Assembly: GCA_963710755.1 (NCBI GenBank)
Contig: CAVQBK010000003.1
Coordinates: 608,001-672,000 of the forward strand
DNA: 64,000 nucleotides
Direction of reading: 5' to 3'
Source of the DNA: an uncultured bacterium
Lineage (GTDB): Bacteria > Oederibacteriota > JAAXVQ01 > JAUVAV01
Below the pieces are notes generated by a model, which searched no databases, was not told the origin of the DNA, and saw only the letters and a program-made list of their open reading frames with translations. Both the position numbers and the translations under genes were made by a program. Of this stretch, positions 47,939-57,880 are shown piece after piece (the first letter of the stretch is position 1; every line of letters begins with the position of its first letter).

Positions 47939-48472
47939 ATGATGTTTAAAAAGCTGGTGCAGGTGGGGCTCTTGGGGGCCATTGGTCTTTTGGTACTCGG
48001 GCTCAGCGCCCACGCCGATATAATTGGTGACAGAAAAGCCAAGATTTATCATGCTGAAGGCTGTCCTGAGATCGATAAAATTGAAAAACCCTATTTACAG
48101 GTGTTTGACAGTGAACCCGAAGCCGAAGCTCATGGATATTACCCGTGCCGTCAATGTTTGCCACCCTTGGGGGAAAGCGTGCAGGCATTGGAAGGCAGAA
48201 GAAAACATGCACTGCCTATCACCAAGACTCAGGCCTTTATCGGTGACCGGAAAAGCAAGGTCCTTCATCAGACTTGGTGCCCGCAAGTAACCGGCATCGC
48301 AACCGCTGATAAAGTGGTCTTTAAGGATATTGACCAAGCCTGGGCCAATCAATATCGTCCTTGTACGGAATGTCATCCCCCGGTCAAACCGGAAAAAGCG
48401 AAAGCCCTGAAATCGGCGATGCAGGAAAAGGATACTAGCGCCTTGCCGGAAGCGGAACTGGGCACGGAATAA
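47939..48472 (+). CDS. Exported protein with two Ada-type Zn-binding domains
   Basis: Signal peptide; two copies of IGDRK.K..H...C......F....A....Y.PC..C.P. Confidence 0.8.
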   Translation: MMFKKLVQVGLLGAIGLLVLGLSAHADIIGDRKAKIYHAEGCPEIDKIEKPYLQVFDSEPEAEAHGYYPCRQCLPPLGESVQALEGRRKHALPITKTQAFIGDRKSKVLHQTWCPQVTGIATADKVVFKDIDQAWANQYRPCTECHPPVKPEKAKALKSAMQEKDTSALPEAELGTE

Positions 48473-48496
48473 TCCACCTGTTATAAGGAGAAGCAC

Positions 48497-48730
48497 ATGG
48501 AGTCCTATGGACCTTTTAATTCTCTCGATGAAGTAGTGAGGTTTTGGACAGCCGTTTTTGGACTCTGGGCCATCAGTGCCACCCTGTGTCTGGGACTGGC
48601 CAGCTGGAAGCAAAAAAATCCGGTACTTTGGACTTTGCTAGGCGTGGTGTTTGGCCCGTTTGCCCTGCTGGTGCTCATTTATAAATCCTGGAAAAAGCCG
48701 CCGTCCGATGCTTCGGGAGACCAGCGGTGA
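48497..48730 (+). CDS. Small two-TM membrane protein
   Basis: AGGAG RBS; A..K......W..LG..FGPFALL. Confidence 0.65.
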   Translation: MESYGPFNSLDEVVRFWTAVFGLWAISATLCLGLASWKQKNPVLWTLLGVVFGPFALLVLIYKSWKKPPSDASGDQR

Positions 48731-49155
48731 AAGTCATCATCATTGACGACGACAACAAAATGGCTGATCTGCTCAAGACCGCCCTGCAAATGACCTTCTA
48801 TGAAAAAGCCAAGGCCTTGGCCAAAGGTCATGAGCAACTGACGGAATCTTTGGATGTGCATAAATTTAATCATCCCCAAGCTGCCCTGGATTTTCTCGAT
48901 CTGCCGGATCAGTTTGTGGATCTGGTGTTTGTGGAACTCCAGCATGAAGATGCCCTGGCTTTTGTAAAAACATGTCAAGGCCAGCTAAAAGATCATTATG
49001 GCGAGCTGATCGTGGTTTCCGACCGCGCGGATCGGGAGACCGTGAAACAAGGTCTGGCGGCCGGCGCCCAGGGCTATATTTTTAAACCCTTCAGCCCGGC
49101 TGATCTTAAGATCCATATTTTTGAAGTCTGGCAGCATCGTCTGCACCGCAACTGA
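48727..49155 (+). CDS. Atypical single-domain response regulator
   Basis: IIIDDD; DLVFVE (Glu at the phosphoacceptor position); GAQGYIFKPF. Confidence 0.75.
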   Translation: MKVIIIDDDNKMADLLKTALQMTFYEKAKALAKGHEQLTESLDVHKFNHPQAALDFLDLPDQFVDLVFVELQHEDALAFVKTCQGQLKDHYGELIVVSDRADRETVKQGLAAGAQGYIFKPFSPADLKIHIFEVWQHRLHRN

Positions 49156-49189
49156 GCTGCGGTCCACCATTTATTTCTGAGGACGACGG

Positions 49190-49531
49190 ATGACCATCGA
49201 ACGAAGACAACGGTCGCGGGTGCGGGTTTCTTTTGCACTGGATGGATTCAGCCTATTTGGGGAAGACGAGGTGGTGGAAGGCCGCGGTCTGGTCAAGGAT
49301 ATCACCACCAGTGGATTAATGCTGACCACCACATGCCTGCTCAAGAAAAACGATCTGGTGCAATTACCCCTGGCTCTGCCGGGAGAATCCAAAATCCTGA
49401 ACATGGAGGGCCGGGTGTGCTGGGTCCAAGGCGATGGTAATGGTATCAAAGCCGGTTTGGAATTTATGGACCTGTCGCTGGACCAACGGGAACGGATCGA
49501 TAATTATTTACAGACCATGGGCACATCCTGA
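49190..49531 (+). CDS. PilZ-domain protein
   Basis: RQRSR and DITTSG; V.W...GLEF. Confidence 0.8.
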   Translation: MTIERRQRSRVRVSFALDGFSLFGEDEVVEGRGLVKDITTSGLMLTTTCLLKKNDLVQLPLALPGESKILNMEGRVCWVQGDGNGIKAGLEFMDLSLDQRERIDNYLQTMGTS

Positions 49532-49912
49532 TGATAAAACGCGGGGGCAAAGGAAAGCGCGAGCATTCGTGACTCCATGAGCCGTGCCCTGCTTAAGAGG
49601 GAAAAAAATTTTCTAATGAAATTAATCACCCTACGGCTTGTGGCCGAAGGCAGTACCGTTAAATTGGCGTTCATGACGGGCCGGGGCCGAGGGATCGTGC
49701 ATATGAGTGGAATGCACTAATGTGTTTTCCCATTTCACTTCTCGAGTGAAATTTTCACAGGGCTTGCCCTGGGGGATTATGGAAACGTATTGAGCAAGCC
49801 TTCAACACCCCCCTTTCCAAGACACTGGCCAATGTTGGCGGAGAATAATTTGCGAATCCCGGCTAAATCTGGGGAGGGTATGCATCTTAAAAAACGTCCT
49901 GGGGAGGCCTTC

Positions 49913-50776
49913 ATGACAGCAAAACTAATCGATGGGCGGGCTTTAGCCAACCGTATCAAGCAGGAAGTCGCCGATGAGGTGAAAATTATGACCCAGCAAC
50001 TAAGCCGGGCGCCGGGATTGGCGGTGGTGCTGGTAGGTCAGGATCCGGCCTCCATGACTTACGTCAACAGCAAGCGCCGGGTCTGCCGGGAATTGGGACT
50101 GGTTTCTTTTGCCCACGATTTGCCGGACACCACCACGGAAGTCGAATTGTTGCAGCTGGTGGATCGCCTCAATCAGCAGACCGAAGTGGACGGTATTCTG
50201 GTGCAGTTACCTTTACCCCCTCATATTCACAGCGATAAAGTAATTGAAGCCATCTCTCCCGACAAGGATGTGGACGGCCTGCATCCGCTTAACTTGGGTT
50301 GGCTGCTAGCTGGCCATCCACGGTTTGTGTCTTGCACGCCAGCCGGTATTATGAAATTGATCCAATCAACCGATAGTGACATAGCGGGTAAAAAAGCCGT
50401 GGTGGTGGGCCGGTCTAACATGGTCGGCAAACCCATCGCTCAGCTGCTGTTGCAGGCCAATGCCACGGTCACCATGTGCCATTCCCGAACCCAAGATCTG
50501 GGACGTGAATGTGAGCAAGCCGACATTTTGGTGGTGGCCGTAGGACAGAAGCACTGCATTCTGGGAGACTGGATCAAGCCGGGCGCCGTGGTGATCGATG
50601 TAGGCATGAACCGGGATGAAAGCGGTCTCTGTGGGGACGTGGCCTTTGAACAGGCACGCCTAAAGGCCGGCTATATCACCCCGGTTCCCGGAGGAGTCGG
50701 GCCCATGACCATCACCATGCTTATGGCCAATACGCTTAAAGCCGCCAAACTAAAGCTTCAAAACCAACCGGGCTGA
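49913..50776 (+). CDS. folD: Methylenetetrahydrofolate dehydrogenase/cyclohydrolase
   Basis: AKLIDG; GILVQLPLP; KDVDG; GRS..VGKP; PVPGGVGPMT. Confidence 0.96.
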   Translation: MTAKLIDGRALANRIKQEVADEVKIMTQQLSRAPGLAVVLVGQDPASMTYVNSKRRVCRELGLVSFAHDLPDTTTEVELLQLVDRLNQQTEVDGILVQLPLPPHIHSDKVIEAISPDKDVDGLHPLNLGWLLAGHPRFVSCTPAGIMKLIQSTDSDIAGKKAVVVGRSNMVGKPIAQLLLQANATVTMCHSRTQDLGRECEQADILVVAVGQKHCILGDWIKPGAVVIDVGMNRDESGLCGDVAFEQARLKAGYITPVPGGVGPMTITMLMANTLKAAKLKLQNQPG

Positions 50777-50857
50777 ACCGAGCCCGGTGCCATCAACGCC
50801 CGTTGCCCCAGGCAATCTTTTAAGGTTGCCTACCTCACCTTCAGGAGGAGCTGACCC

Positions 50858-51586
50858 ATGAGCAGTGCGTCTAGAAAATATCCCCGTACCGTACCTTCCA
50901 AAAAAAATTTAAAAAAAGAACCGATCATGGACCAGAATTTATATGATCAGGATTCTTGGCGTATTTTCCGCATCATGTCCGAGTTCGTAGACGGCTTTGA
51001 GATGATGGCCAATATCGGGCCGGCTGTCACCGTGTTCGGCTCGGCTCGCACTCAGCCGGAAGACCCGGTTTACCAAAAAACCGAGCTCATTGCTTACAAA
51101 TTGGCCAAAGCCGGGTTTGCCATTATCACCGGCGGTGGACCGGGCTCCATGGAAGCGGCCAATAAAGGCGCCATGGAAGCCGGGGGGAGGTCCGTGGGCC
51201 TGAACATTGAACTGCCCATGGAACAAAAAGCCAACCCCTACCTGAATGTGCCCTTGGGCTTTCGCTACTTTTTTGTACGCAAAGTGATGTTCATTAAATA
51301 TGCCCAGGCGGTCATTATCACCCCAGGAGGCCTGGGCACCATGGACGAATGCTTTGAAGTCATGACCCTCATCCAGACAGACAAAATCAAACCAGTACCT
51401 TTGATTCTGGTGGGTCGTGATTATTGGCAAGGTCTGCTGGAATGGATGCAAAGCACCATGATCCCCAGAGGCATGATCAGCGCGGAGGACATGTCGCTCA
51501 TTAAAATTATGGATGACCCTGATGAGATCGCGCGGACCGTCAAAAAAGAAGCCCGCCATCTCAAGAGCAGATTGGAGAATTTTTAG
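50858..51586 (+). CDS. LOG-family (TIGR00730) Rossmann-fold nucleotide-binding protein
   Basis: VFGSAR; TGGGPG.MEAAN; YFFVRKVMF; PGG.GT.DE. Confidence 0.9.
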   Translation: MSSASRKYPRTVPSKKNLKKEPIMDQNLYDQDSWRIFRIMSEFVDGFEMMANIGPAVTVFGSARTQPEDPVYQKTELIAYKLAKAGFAIITGGGPGSMEAANKGAMEAGGRSVGLNIELPMEQKANPYLNVPLGFRYFFVRKVMFIKYAQAVIITPGGLGTMDECFEVMTLIQTDKIKPVPLILVGRDYWQGLLEWMQSTMIPRGMISAEDMSLIKIMDDPDEIARTVKKEARHLKSRLENF

Positions 51587-51707
51587 CCCTGGCAATTGAC
51601 AGGCCGCTGGCCCATCTGTTACCATCATGAGCCCATGACCGCACGGAGGCGATTTAGGGGGTTCCAGCGGCGGTGCAGGGAAGCACCTTAACCGTTAAAG
51701 GACGATC

Positions 51708-52670
51708 ATGCCGCTGTCTGTAAAGCAACGCTTAAAAATTTCCCTTGCCCGGGTGAATGAGCACCTAGCCGCTTTTCTAACCGTGGACTTTCCCTTTGCC
51801 CGAAAAATGATCCGCCATGTGCTGCAAACATCGGGCAAACAACTGCGTTCCCGCGTCACCTTGCTGGCAGCACTTAGCAAAGGCCCGATTACCACGCAAG
51901 TGGAGCGTCTGGCCGCAGCCATCGAACTTTTTCATCAAGCCACCCTGATTCATGACGACGTCATTGACCATGCCCATACCCGGCGCCGTCGCAGCACCCT
52001 CAACCAGCGCTATGGCAACGAGGCTGCGGTGATGCTGGGTGATTATCTGTTTACCAAGACCATGCACATCATGATTCATGATTTGCCGGCGCGGGTGCAA
52101 ACCATTAGTGCTCAGACCATCACCCAGGTTTGTTTGGGCGAGATCGAGGAAATCGGCATGCGCCATAATACCCGCTTGTCCTGGGAAGACTATGAAAAAA
52201 TTATCCATCTAAAAACCGCCTGCCTCTTCAGTGCGGCCTCTGAGTGCGGGGCCTTGCTGGCCGGGCACACACCGGCCATGCAACGCCGCTTTGCGGCCTA
52301 TGGGCAAGCCCTGGGCATGGCTTTTCAGATCCAGGATGATTGGCTTGATCTTCTGGGGTCTTCGCAAAAATTGGGTAAGCAACCGGGCATTGACCTGCAT
52401 GAAGGCCACATCACCTTACCTGTCATTTTGGCCATAAAAGCCCTGCCTCCCAAGGAACGTAACCGCTTTCAGCGCCTGCTGCAACAACCGGACACAACCA
52501 GGGAAATGATTTTACCGTGGCTGGAAAAAACCCAGGCCCTACAGGCCAGCCGCCGCATCGGTGAAGATTATATCAGGCTGGCGGAAAAAGCCCTAGCCCC
52601 TTTAGCTCCGGGACCGGTAAAAACCGAATTATTGAATTTGGCGCATTTTTCTATTGATCGTGAACACTAA
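51708..52670 (+). CDS. Polyprenyl diphosphate synthase
   Basis: GKQLR; HDDVID..RR; KTA.LF; FQIQDD.LD. Confidence 0.92.
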   Translation: MPLSVKQRLKISLARVNEHLAAFLTVDFPFARKMIRHVLQTSGKQLRSRVTLLAALSKGPITTQVERLAAAIELFHQATLIHDDVIDHAHTRRRRSTLNQRYGNEAAVMLGDYLFTKTMHIMIHDLPARVQTISAQTITQVCLGEIEEIGMRHNTRLSWEDYEKIIHLKTACLFSAASECGALLAGHTPAMQRRFAAYGQALGMAFQIQDDWLDLLGSSQKLGKQPGIDLHEGHITLPVILAIKALPPKERNRFQRLLQQPDTTREMILPWLEKTQALQASRRIGEDYIRLAEKALAPLAPGPVKTELLNLAHFSIDREH

Positions 52671-52789
52671 ATCGGTTATTAATAATGAATCCTAATTAAA
52701 TATATGAACTTTGTCCTTTATCTCCTCGACCTAAGAGGGGATAGGTTCCTTTATACTGAACCTGATTTCAATTCTTTTGAGGCCAGCGC

Positions 52790-53155
52790 GTGATCAGTTT
52801 AAATACACCCTTACTATTATTATTGGCTTTAGGGACTGCCATCTTTTGTTTGGCCGCAGGCCTTTGGATCTCTTGGCTGCTCCGTCCCAGTCATAAAACT
52901 ACGGTTAAATTGGAACCTTATGAATGCGGTGAGCCCACCATCGGGCCGTCGCAGGTGCGGTTTAAAACCAGGTTTTATTTGTTGGCCATCGCTTTTGTGA
53001 TCTTTGACGTGGAAGCAGTCTTCCTCTTTCCCTGGGCTGTGGCTTTTGAAAAATTGGGCTTATTTGCCTTTGTGGAGATGGTGGTCTTTGTGGGTATTTT
53101 ACTGGTCGGTCTGGGCTATGCCTGGCGGAAAGGAGCCTTGGTATGGCGGTCGTAG
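52790..53155 (+). CDS. nuoA: NADH-quinone oxidoreductase subunit A
   Basis: YECG; FVIFDVE..FLFPWA; AWRKGAL. Confidence 0.95.
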   Translation: MISLNTPLLLLLALGTAIFCLAAGLWISWLLRPSHKTTVKLEPYECGEPTIGPSQVRFKTRFYLLAIAFVIFDVEAVFLFPWAVAFEKLGLFAFVEMVVFVGILLVGLGYAWRKGALVWRS

Positions 53156-53670
53156 AAAAAGTCACCGGTCTGGTAGAGCGTTTCCCCGGGGGCGGTCTGG
53201 TATTGACTTCCCTGGAATGGGTGGTCAATTGGGGACGCAAGAATTCCCTGTGGCCGCTCACTTTTGGTCTTTCCTGTTGCGCCATCGAAATGTTTTCCAC
53301 CGGTGCTTCCCGGTTTGATTGGGCTCGGTTTGGCAATGAAGTTATCCGGGCCACGCCCAGACAGGCGGATCTGATGATCGTGGCGGGTACGGTATGCTGG
53401 AAAATGGCCCCCCGTCTGACCAGGCTCTATGAACAAATGGCGGAACCACGTTATGTGATCGCCATGGGCGCCTGTGCGGTGTCGGGTGGGCCTTTTTATT
53501 ATAATTCCTACGGCACGGTGCGCGGCGTGGATCAATTGGTGCCGGTAGACATTTACATTCCCGGCTGCCCACCCAAACCAGAAGCTTTGATGAACGGTAT
53601 TCTGGAATTGGAAAAAAAGATCATGGAAGAGCCCCTGCCCGGCCGCCGTGCCAAGGTGAAAAAAGCATGA
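53143..53670 (+). CDS. nuoB: NADH-quinone oxidoreductase subunit B
   Basis: GLSCCAIEM; PRQAD; GACA; PGCPP. Confidence 0.95.
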   Translation: MAVVEKVTGLVERFPGGGLVLTSLEWVVNWGRKNSLWPLTFGLSCCAIEMFSTGASRFDWARFGNEVIRATPRQADLMIVAGTVCWKMAPRLTRLYEQMAEPRYVIAMGACAVSGGPFYYNSYGTVRGVDQLVPVDIYIPGCPPKPEALMNGILELEKKIMEEPLPGRRAKVKKA

Positions 53671-54125
53671 GCTCATCGTCGTTAAAGATTATACTGCAAC
53701 AACTGCCTCAGACCAAACTTACGGAAGGCCAAGGGTTTGCCCGGCAGCTGGAGTTGGCTGCGCCGACTGCTTGGCTGCAGGCTGCCCGACTTCTGAAGTC
53801 GGATGTTGGTTATGACGTGCTGGAAGATTACACAGCTTTGCATCTGGCACCAGGTTTTCAACTGGTCATGCATCTGCTCAGCAGCGAGGATAAGGAAAAG
53901 AAACTGACCGTTAAAACCAGCCTGCCCCAGGACAGCCCGCAGATAGACAGCGTCACGACAGTTTATGCCAGTGCTAATTGGTATGAACGGGAAATCTTTG
54001 ACATGTTTGGCATTGTTTTTAATCAGCATCCTGATCTGAGGCGGATTTTGTGTCCTGACGATTGGCAGGGCCACCCGCTGCGCAAGGATTATGAAGACGA
54101 TAAAATGTTAAAAACCCAGGGTTAA
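53667..54125 (+). CDS. nuoC: NADH-quinone oxidoreductase subunit C
   Basis: [21 protein letters not shown]...GHPLRKDY. Confidence 0.93.
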   Translation: MSSSSLKIILQQLPQTKLTEGQGFARQLELAAPTAWLQAARLLKSDVGYDVLEDYTALHLAPGFQLVMHLLSSEDKEKKLTVKTSLPQDSPQIDSVTTVYASANWYEREIFDMFGIVFNQHPDLRRILCPDDWQGHPLRKDYEDDKMLKTQG

Positions 54126-54146
54126 GGGCATTATACCATTGGCGGC

Positions 54147-54178
54147 CTGAAGGGAACAGTCGCGACCGTTCCCTTCAG
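54147..54178. repeat. REP-like palindrome between nuoC and nuoD
   Basis: CTGAAGGGAAC-AGTCGCGACC-GTTCCCTTCAG; related copy at 59908. Confidence 0.75.
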
Positions 54179-54230
54179 ACGACGGCAGGCTTGAAAACAA
54201 CGCCGGAATTTTAAAACAAAAAGGCAACTC

Positions 54231-55364
54231 ATGACACCAATAGACATTGATTACGTCAGTGCGGACAACCTTGAGACCGATGAGCTGATCCTCAACATGG
54301 GACCGCAGCACCCCAGTACCCATGGCGCCTTGCGTCTGATCCTAAAGCTGGATGGGGAAGAGGTGTTGTCCGCTGATCCGGAAATCGGCTTTGTCCATCG
54401 CGGCTATGAAAAGATGGCCGAGGCCCTGACCTATCCTCAATACATCTATTTAACGGACCGCCTCGATTATCTCTCGGCAATTTTCAATGAATGGGCTTAT
54501 TGTCTGGCCGCAGAAGAATTGGGCCAGATCGAAGTGCCCAAGCGGGCGCAATATCTGCGCGTAATTAGCGGGGAGCTGTGCCGGCTCTCCAGTCATTTGG
54601 TGTGGCTGGGCAGCATGGGCATGGACCTGGGGGCGTTTACGCCCTTAACCTATAGTTTCCGTGAACGGGAAATGATCCTGGAACTTTTTGACGCGTTGTG
54701 CGGCCAGCGCATGACCTTCAATTATTGCCGTATTGGCGGCGTGGCCCGTGATCTGCCGCATGGATTTGTCAGTGCTACCAAGGCTTTTTTGGATTATTTT
54801 AAGCCCATGCCCGATGTTTATGATAATTTGCTCTCGAAAAACCCTATTTTTTTGGCCAGGATGAAGGGCATTGGCCGATTGGATGTGAAAACCGCCTTGT
54901 CCTATGCAGTGACCGGTCCCAATTTAAGAGCCTGCGGGCTGGCCTATGATCTGCGCCGCAGTGAACCCTATTCCAGTTACGGAGATTTTGATTTCAAGGT
55001 GGTTACTGAAACAGAAGGCGACTGCCTGGCCCGTTACCGCGTGCGGGTGGAAGAAATGCGCCAGTCAGTCCGAATCATTGAACAAGCCCTGGCAGGCTTG
55101 CCGGAGGGTCCGGTACAGGCCAAGGTGCCGCGTGTGTTTAAACCCCAGCCCGGCGAAGCCTATAGCCGGCTGGAATCATCCCGTGGAATCCAAGGGTTTT
55201 ACCTGGTCTCCGATGGTTCGGTCAAGCCCAGCCGTTGCCGGATCAGGGTCCCCAGTTTTGCCAATATTGCGGTGTTGCCAGAATTGCTCAAAGGTGTGCA
55301 TGTGGCGGACATTGTGGCCATTATGGGCAGCATTGATTTCATTGTCCCGGAGATCGACCGATGA
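54231..55364 (+). CDS. nuoD: NADH-quinone oxidoreductase subunit D
   Basis: NMGPQHPSTHG.LRL; HRG.EK; DRLDY; EIDR; no NiFe CxxC motifs. Confidence 0.95.
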   Translation: MTPIDIDYVSADNLETDELILNMGPQHPSTHGALRLILKLDGEEVLSADPEIGFVHRGYEKMAEALTYPQYIYLTDRLDYLSAIFNEWAYCLAAEELGQIEVPKRAQYLRVISGELCRLSSHLVWLGSMGMDLGAFTPLTYSFREREMILELFDALCGQRMTFNYCRIGGVARDLPHGFVSATKAFLDYFKPMPDVYDNLLSKNPIFLARMKGIGRLDVKTALSYAVTGPNLRACGLAYDLRRSEPYSSYGDFDFKVVTETEGDCLARYRVRVEEMRQSVRIIEQALAGLPEGPVQAKVPRVFKPQPGEAYSRLESSRGIQGFYLVSDGSVKPSRCRIRVPSFANIAVLPELLKGVHVADIVAIMGSIDFIVPEIDR

Positions 55365-56398
55365 ACTATGTGATGGAACCGGCCCAGTTGCTGGCCCTAA
55401 TCCAAGGGTTCTTGGACCAGGTGACCACCACCTTGGGGTGGCCGTCCTGGATTGCCCAGGTAGTTGGCGCTTTGCTCATGCTCTTGACCCTCTTTATCTT
55501 CTGCAGCCTGGTGGTCATGGTGCTGGTGTACGCTGAAAGAAAAATCGCGGCTCGTATGCAGGCCCGCGTGGGGCCCATGCGGGTGGGCTGGCACGGCTTG
55601 CTTCAGGTGATTGCCGACACCATCAAGCTGCTTTTCAAGGAGACGGAAGTTCCCGCCATGGCGGATAGCTGGGTCTACCGGGCCGCGCCCTATGTGGTGT
55701 TCACAGCCGGGTTCATGGCCCTGTGCGCCCTGCCCATGGGCAGGGGTCTGGTGCCCATTCCCATGAACTTGGGACTCTTATATATGATAGCCATCACCAC
55801 GCCCGGGGTGATCGGTATCCTTATGGCCTCCTGGGGGTCGAGCAACAAATATGCGCTTATCGGCGGCATGCGCAGCGCCGCCCAAATGATCAGTTATGAA
55901 ATACCGCTGGTAATCTCCGTGCTGGGCGTGGTGATGCTGGCACGGTCTTTGGATCTGGCAGTCATCGTGCGAGCCCAGCAGATACCCTATATTCTGTTGC
56001 AGCCCATTGGCTTCATTATCTTCTTGATTGCTGCGGTGGCGGAAACCAACCGCAATCCCTTTGATATTCCGGAAGCAGAATCCGAATTGACCGCCGGGTT
56101 TCATACCGAATACGGCGGTCTGCGTTTCGCTTATTTCTTTTTGGCGGAATACGTCAATATGTTTGTGTTGTCCGCCTTGGCGGCCACACTCTTTTTAAGC
56201 GGATGGCGCGGACCCTGGCTGCCGGGGTGGCTGTGGTATTTGCTTAAAACGGGCTTGGTCTTGTTCGTTTTTATTTGGTTCCGCTGGACCTTTCCACGCC
56301 TGCGTTCCGACCAGCTCATGAGTTTCTGCTGGAAGTTGCTGACGCCTTTGGCTTTTTTAAACCTGATCGTGACCGGCTTGATCATGGTATTGAACTAA
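55361..56398 (+). CDS. nuoH: NADH-quinone oxidoreductase subunit H
   Basis: ERKI.A.MQ.R.GP; AQMISYE; NR.PFD.PEAESEL; PRLR.DQL. Confidence 0.95.
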   Translation: MNYVMEPAQLLALIQGFLDQVTTTLGWPSWIAQVVGALLMLLTLFIFCSLVVMVLVYAERKIAARMQARVGPMRVGWHGLLQVIADTIKLLFKETEVPAMADSWVYRAAPYVVFTAGFMALCALPMGRGLVPIPMNLGLLYMIAITTPGVIGILMASWGSSNKYALIGGMRSAAQMISYEIPLVISVLGVVMLARSLDLAVIVRAQQIPYILLQPIGFIIFLIAAVAETNRNPFDIPEAESELTAGFHTEYGGLRFAYFFLAEYVNMFVLSALAATLFLSGWRGPWLPGWLWYLLKTGLVLFVFIWFRWTFPRLRSDQLMSFCWKLLTPLAFLNLIVTGLIMVLN

Positions 56399-56438
56399 TT
56401 GACATAAGGGATGCGGGCGAAGGCCCGCCATCTCCGGA

Positions 56439-56936
56439 ATGATGGTGCTACGACAAATGAAAGCATTTATATCTCAATTAATCAGCCTGTTGACCGGCCT
56501 GGGGGTTACCTTTGTACAGATGTTTAAAAAACCCTGTACGATTCAGTACCCGGAACAGCGTTTGGTCTGGCCCGACCGCACTCGCGGCCGGCTGGTGCTG
56601 CCTTTGGATCAGAAGCTCAATAAAAACCGCTGTACAGCTTGTATGATGTGCCAAAAAATATGCCCCAACGGATCCATAGAAATCACCACCAAACAACTGG
56701 AATCAGGCAAACGGGTGTTGGATGATTACCTGCATCATCTGGATCGCTGCACTTATTGCGGGCTGTGCGTAGAGATCTGTCCCTTTGATGCCCTGCGCAT
56801 GAGTCATGAGCATGAAATTGCCGCCCGCGATAAAAACACGCTGAAGCGGCATTTGCAAGAGGAAACACTCTATTTTGCTGAATCGTGGCAAGGCGGCCTG
56901 CCGGCGCCCAAGCAGCAGGGGGAGGCAAAAGCATGA
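56439..56936 (+). CDS. nuoI: NADH-quinone oxidoreductase subunit I
   Basis: TIQYPE; CTACMMCQKICP; CTYCGLCVEICP. Confidence 0.93.
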   Translation: MMVLRQMKAFISQLISLLTGLGVTFVQMFKKPCTIQYPEQRLVWPDRTRGRLVLPLDQKLNKNRCTACMMCQKICPNGSIEITTKQLESGKRVLDDYLHHLDRCTYCGLCVEICPFDALRMSHEHEIAARDKNTLKRHLQEETLYFAESWQGGLPAPKQQGEAKA

Positions 56937-57427
56937 GTTGGTTAGGCTTTGGCCTGCTGGCCCTGGTGACACTGGCCAGCGCTCTGGTGGTGGTCGTGAA
57001 ACGCAATCTTTTTCACGCGGTCCTGGCGTTTGCCATTACCAGTCTGGGCATTGCCGGGTTCATGCTGACTCTGCGGGCGGAATTTCTGGCTCTGGTCGTG
57101 ATCCTGGTCTATATCGGGGCGGTGGTGGTCATGGGTGTCTTTGCGGTCATGCTGACCGGTAAATTTGAAGAGTCGCCAATACCCACCAGCAATGAACTAG
57201 TCTCCACGGCCGTGGTGGTGGTACTGGCCTTGGTAGGGCTGGTGATTGGGGTTATCCTGATTCAACCCCAGCCGGGCGGTCGCTTGGGCACCCCTCTCAG
57301 CTTGGAACGATTAGGCCAACTGCTGCTTACGGATTATGTATTACCCTTTGAGCTGGTCTCCATTCTGCTGTTGGCTGCGCTCATTGGGGCTATTGTCATT
57401 GCCAAAGGAAAGGAGCGCCAGCCATGA
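56933..57427 (+). CDS. nuoJ: NADH-quinone oxidoreductase subunit J
   Basis: AEFL...LVYIGAV.V; PFEL.S.LLL.ALIGA. Confidence 0.92.
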   Translation: MSWLGFGLLALVTLASALVVVVKRNLFHAVLAFAITSLGIAGFMLTLRAEFLALVVILVYIGAVVVMGVFAVMLTGKFEESPIPTSNELVSTAVVVVLALVGLVIGVILIQPQPGGRLGTPLSLERLGQLLLTDYVLPFELVSILLLAALIGAIVIAKGKERQP

Positions 57428-57732
57428 TGACCCTGGGGGCTACCCCTTATTTAATTATCTCGTCCATGCTTTTTGCCATTGGGCTGTTCGGTGCCTTGAC
57501 CAGGCGCAATGCCGTGGCGCTGCTCCTTTCCATTGAATTGATCATGCTGGCCGTGGCCTTGAACTTTGTGGCGGCCACGGTGTTTACCGGGCTGGCCGAA
57601 GGCCAAGTGTTTGCGGTATTCGTGATCACCATTGCCGCTGCGGAAGCAGCCGTGGGCTTGGCTTTGATTATCACCATCTTCCGTCTGCAGAAAGATGTGG
57701 ATCTTGATCGCCTGACGATTTTAAAAGGTTAA
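57424..57732 (+). CDS. nuoK: NADH-quinone oxidoreductase subunit K
   Basis: RRN....IEL; AAAEAAVGLA; LKG end. Confidence 0.95.
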   Translation: MMTLGATPYLIISSMLFAIGLFGALTRRNAVALLLSIELIMLAVALNFVAATVFTGLAEGQVFAVFVITIAAAEAAVGLALIITIFRLQKDVDLDRLTILKG

Positions 57733-57880
57733 GCGTCTGAGCTTTTAGGCAACTACATGAAAATCGAGAATCGAGAATCGACCGCATTTAAACGAATTGA
57801 TCAACTTTTGATTTTCGATACTCGAATGCTTGGGAACATGAATACTTGATGGTTATGTTCCCAGGCTTGAGGAGACCGCA

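Noticed and set aside
49532-49912. ZMP/ZTP or THF riboswitch, or a small gene, upstream of folD
   Set aside because: Long spacer but no consensus or convincing ORF recognised
53143-55364. Group 4 NiFe hydrogenase
   Set aside because: The large subunit lacks the CxxC nickel ligands and has NuoD motifs
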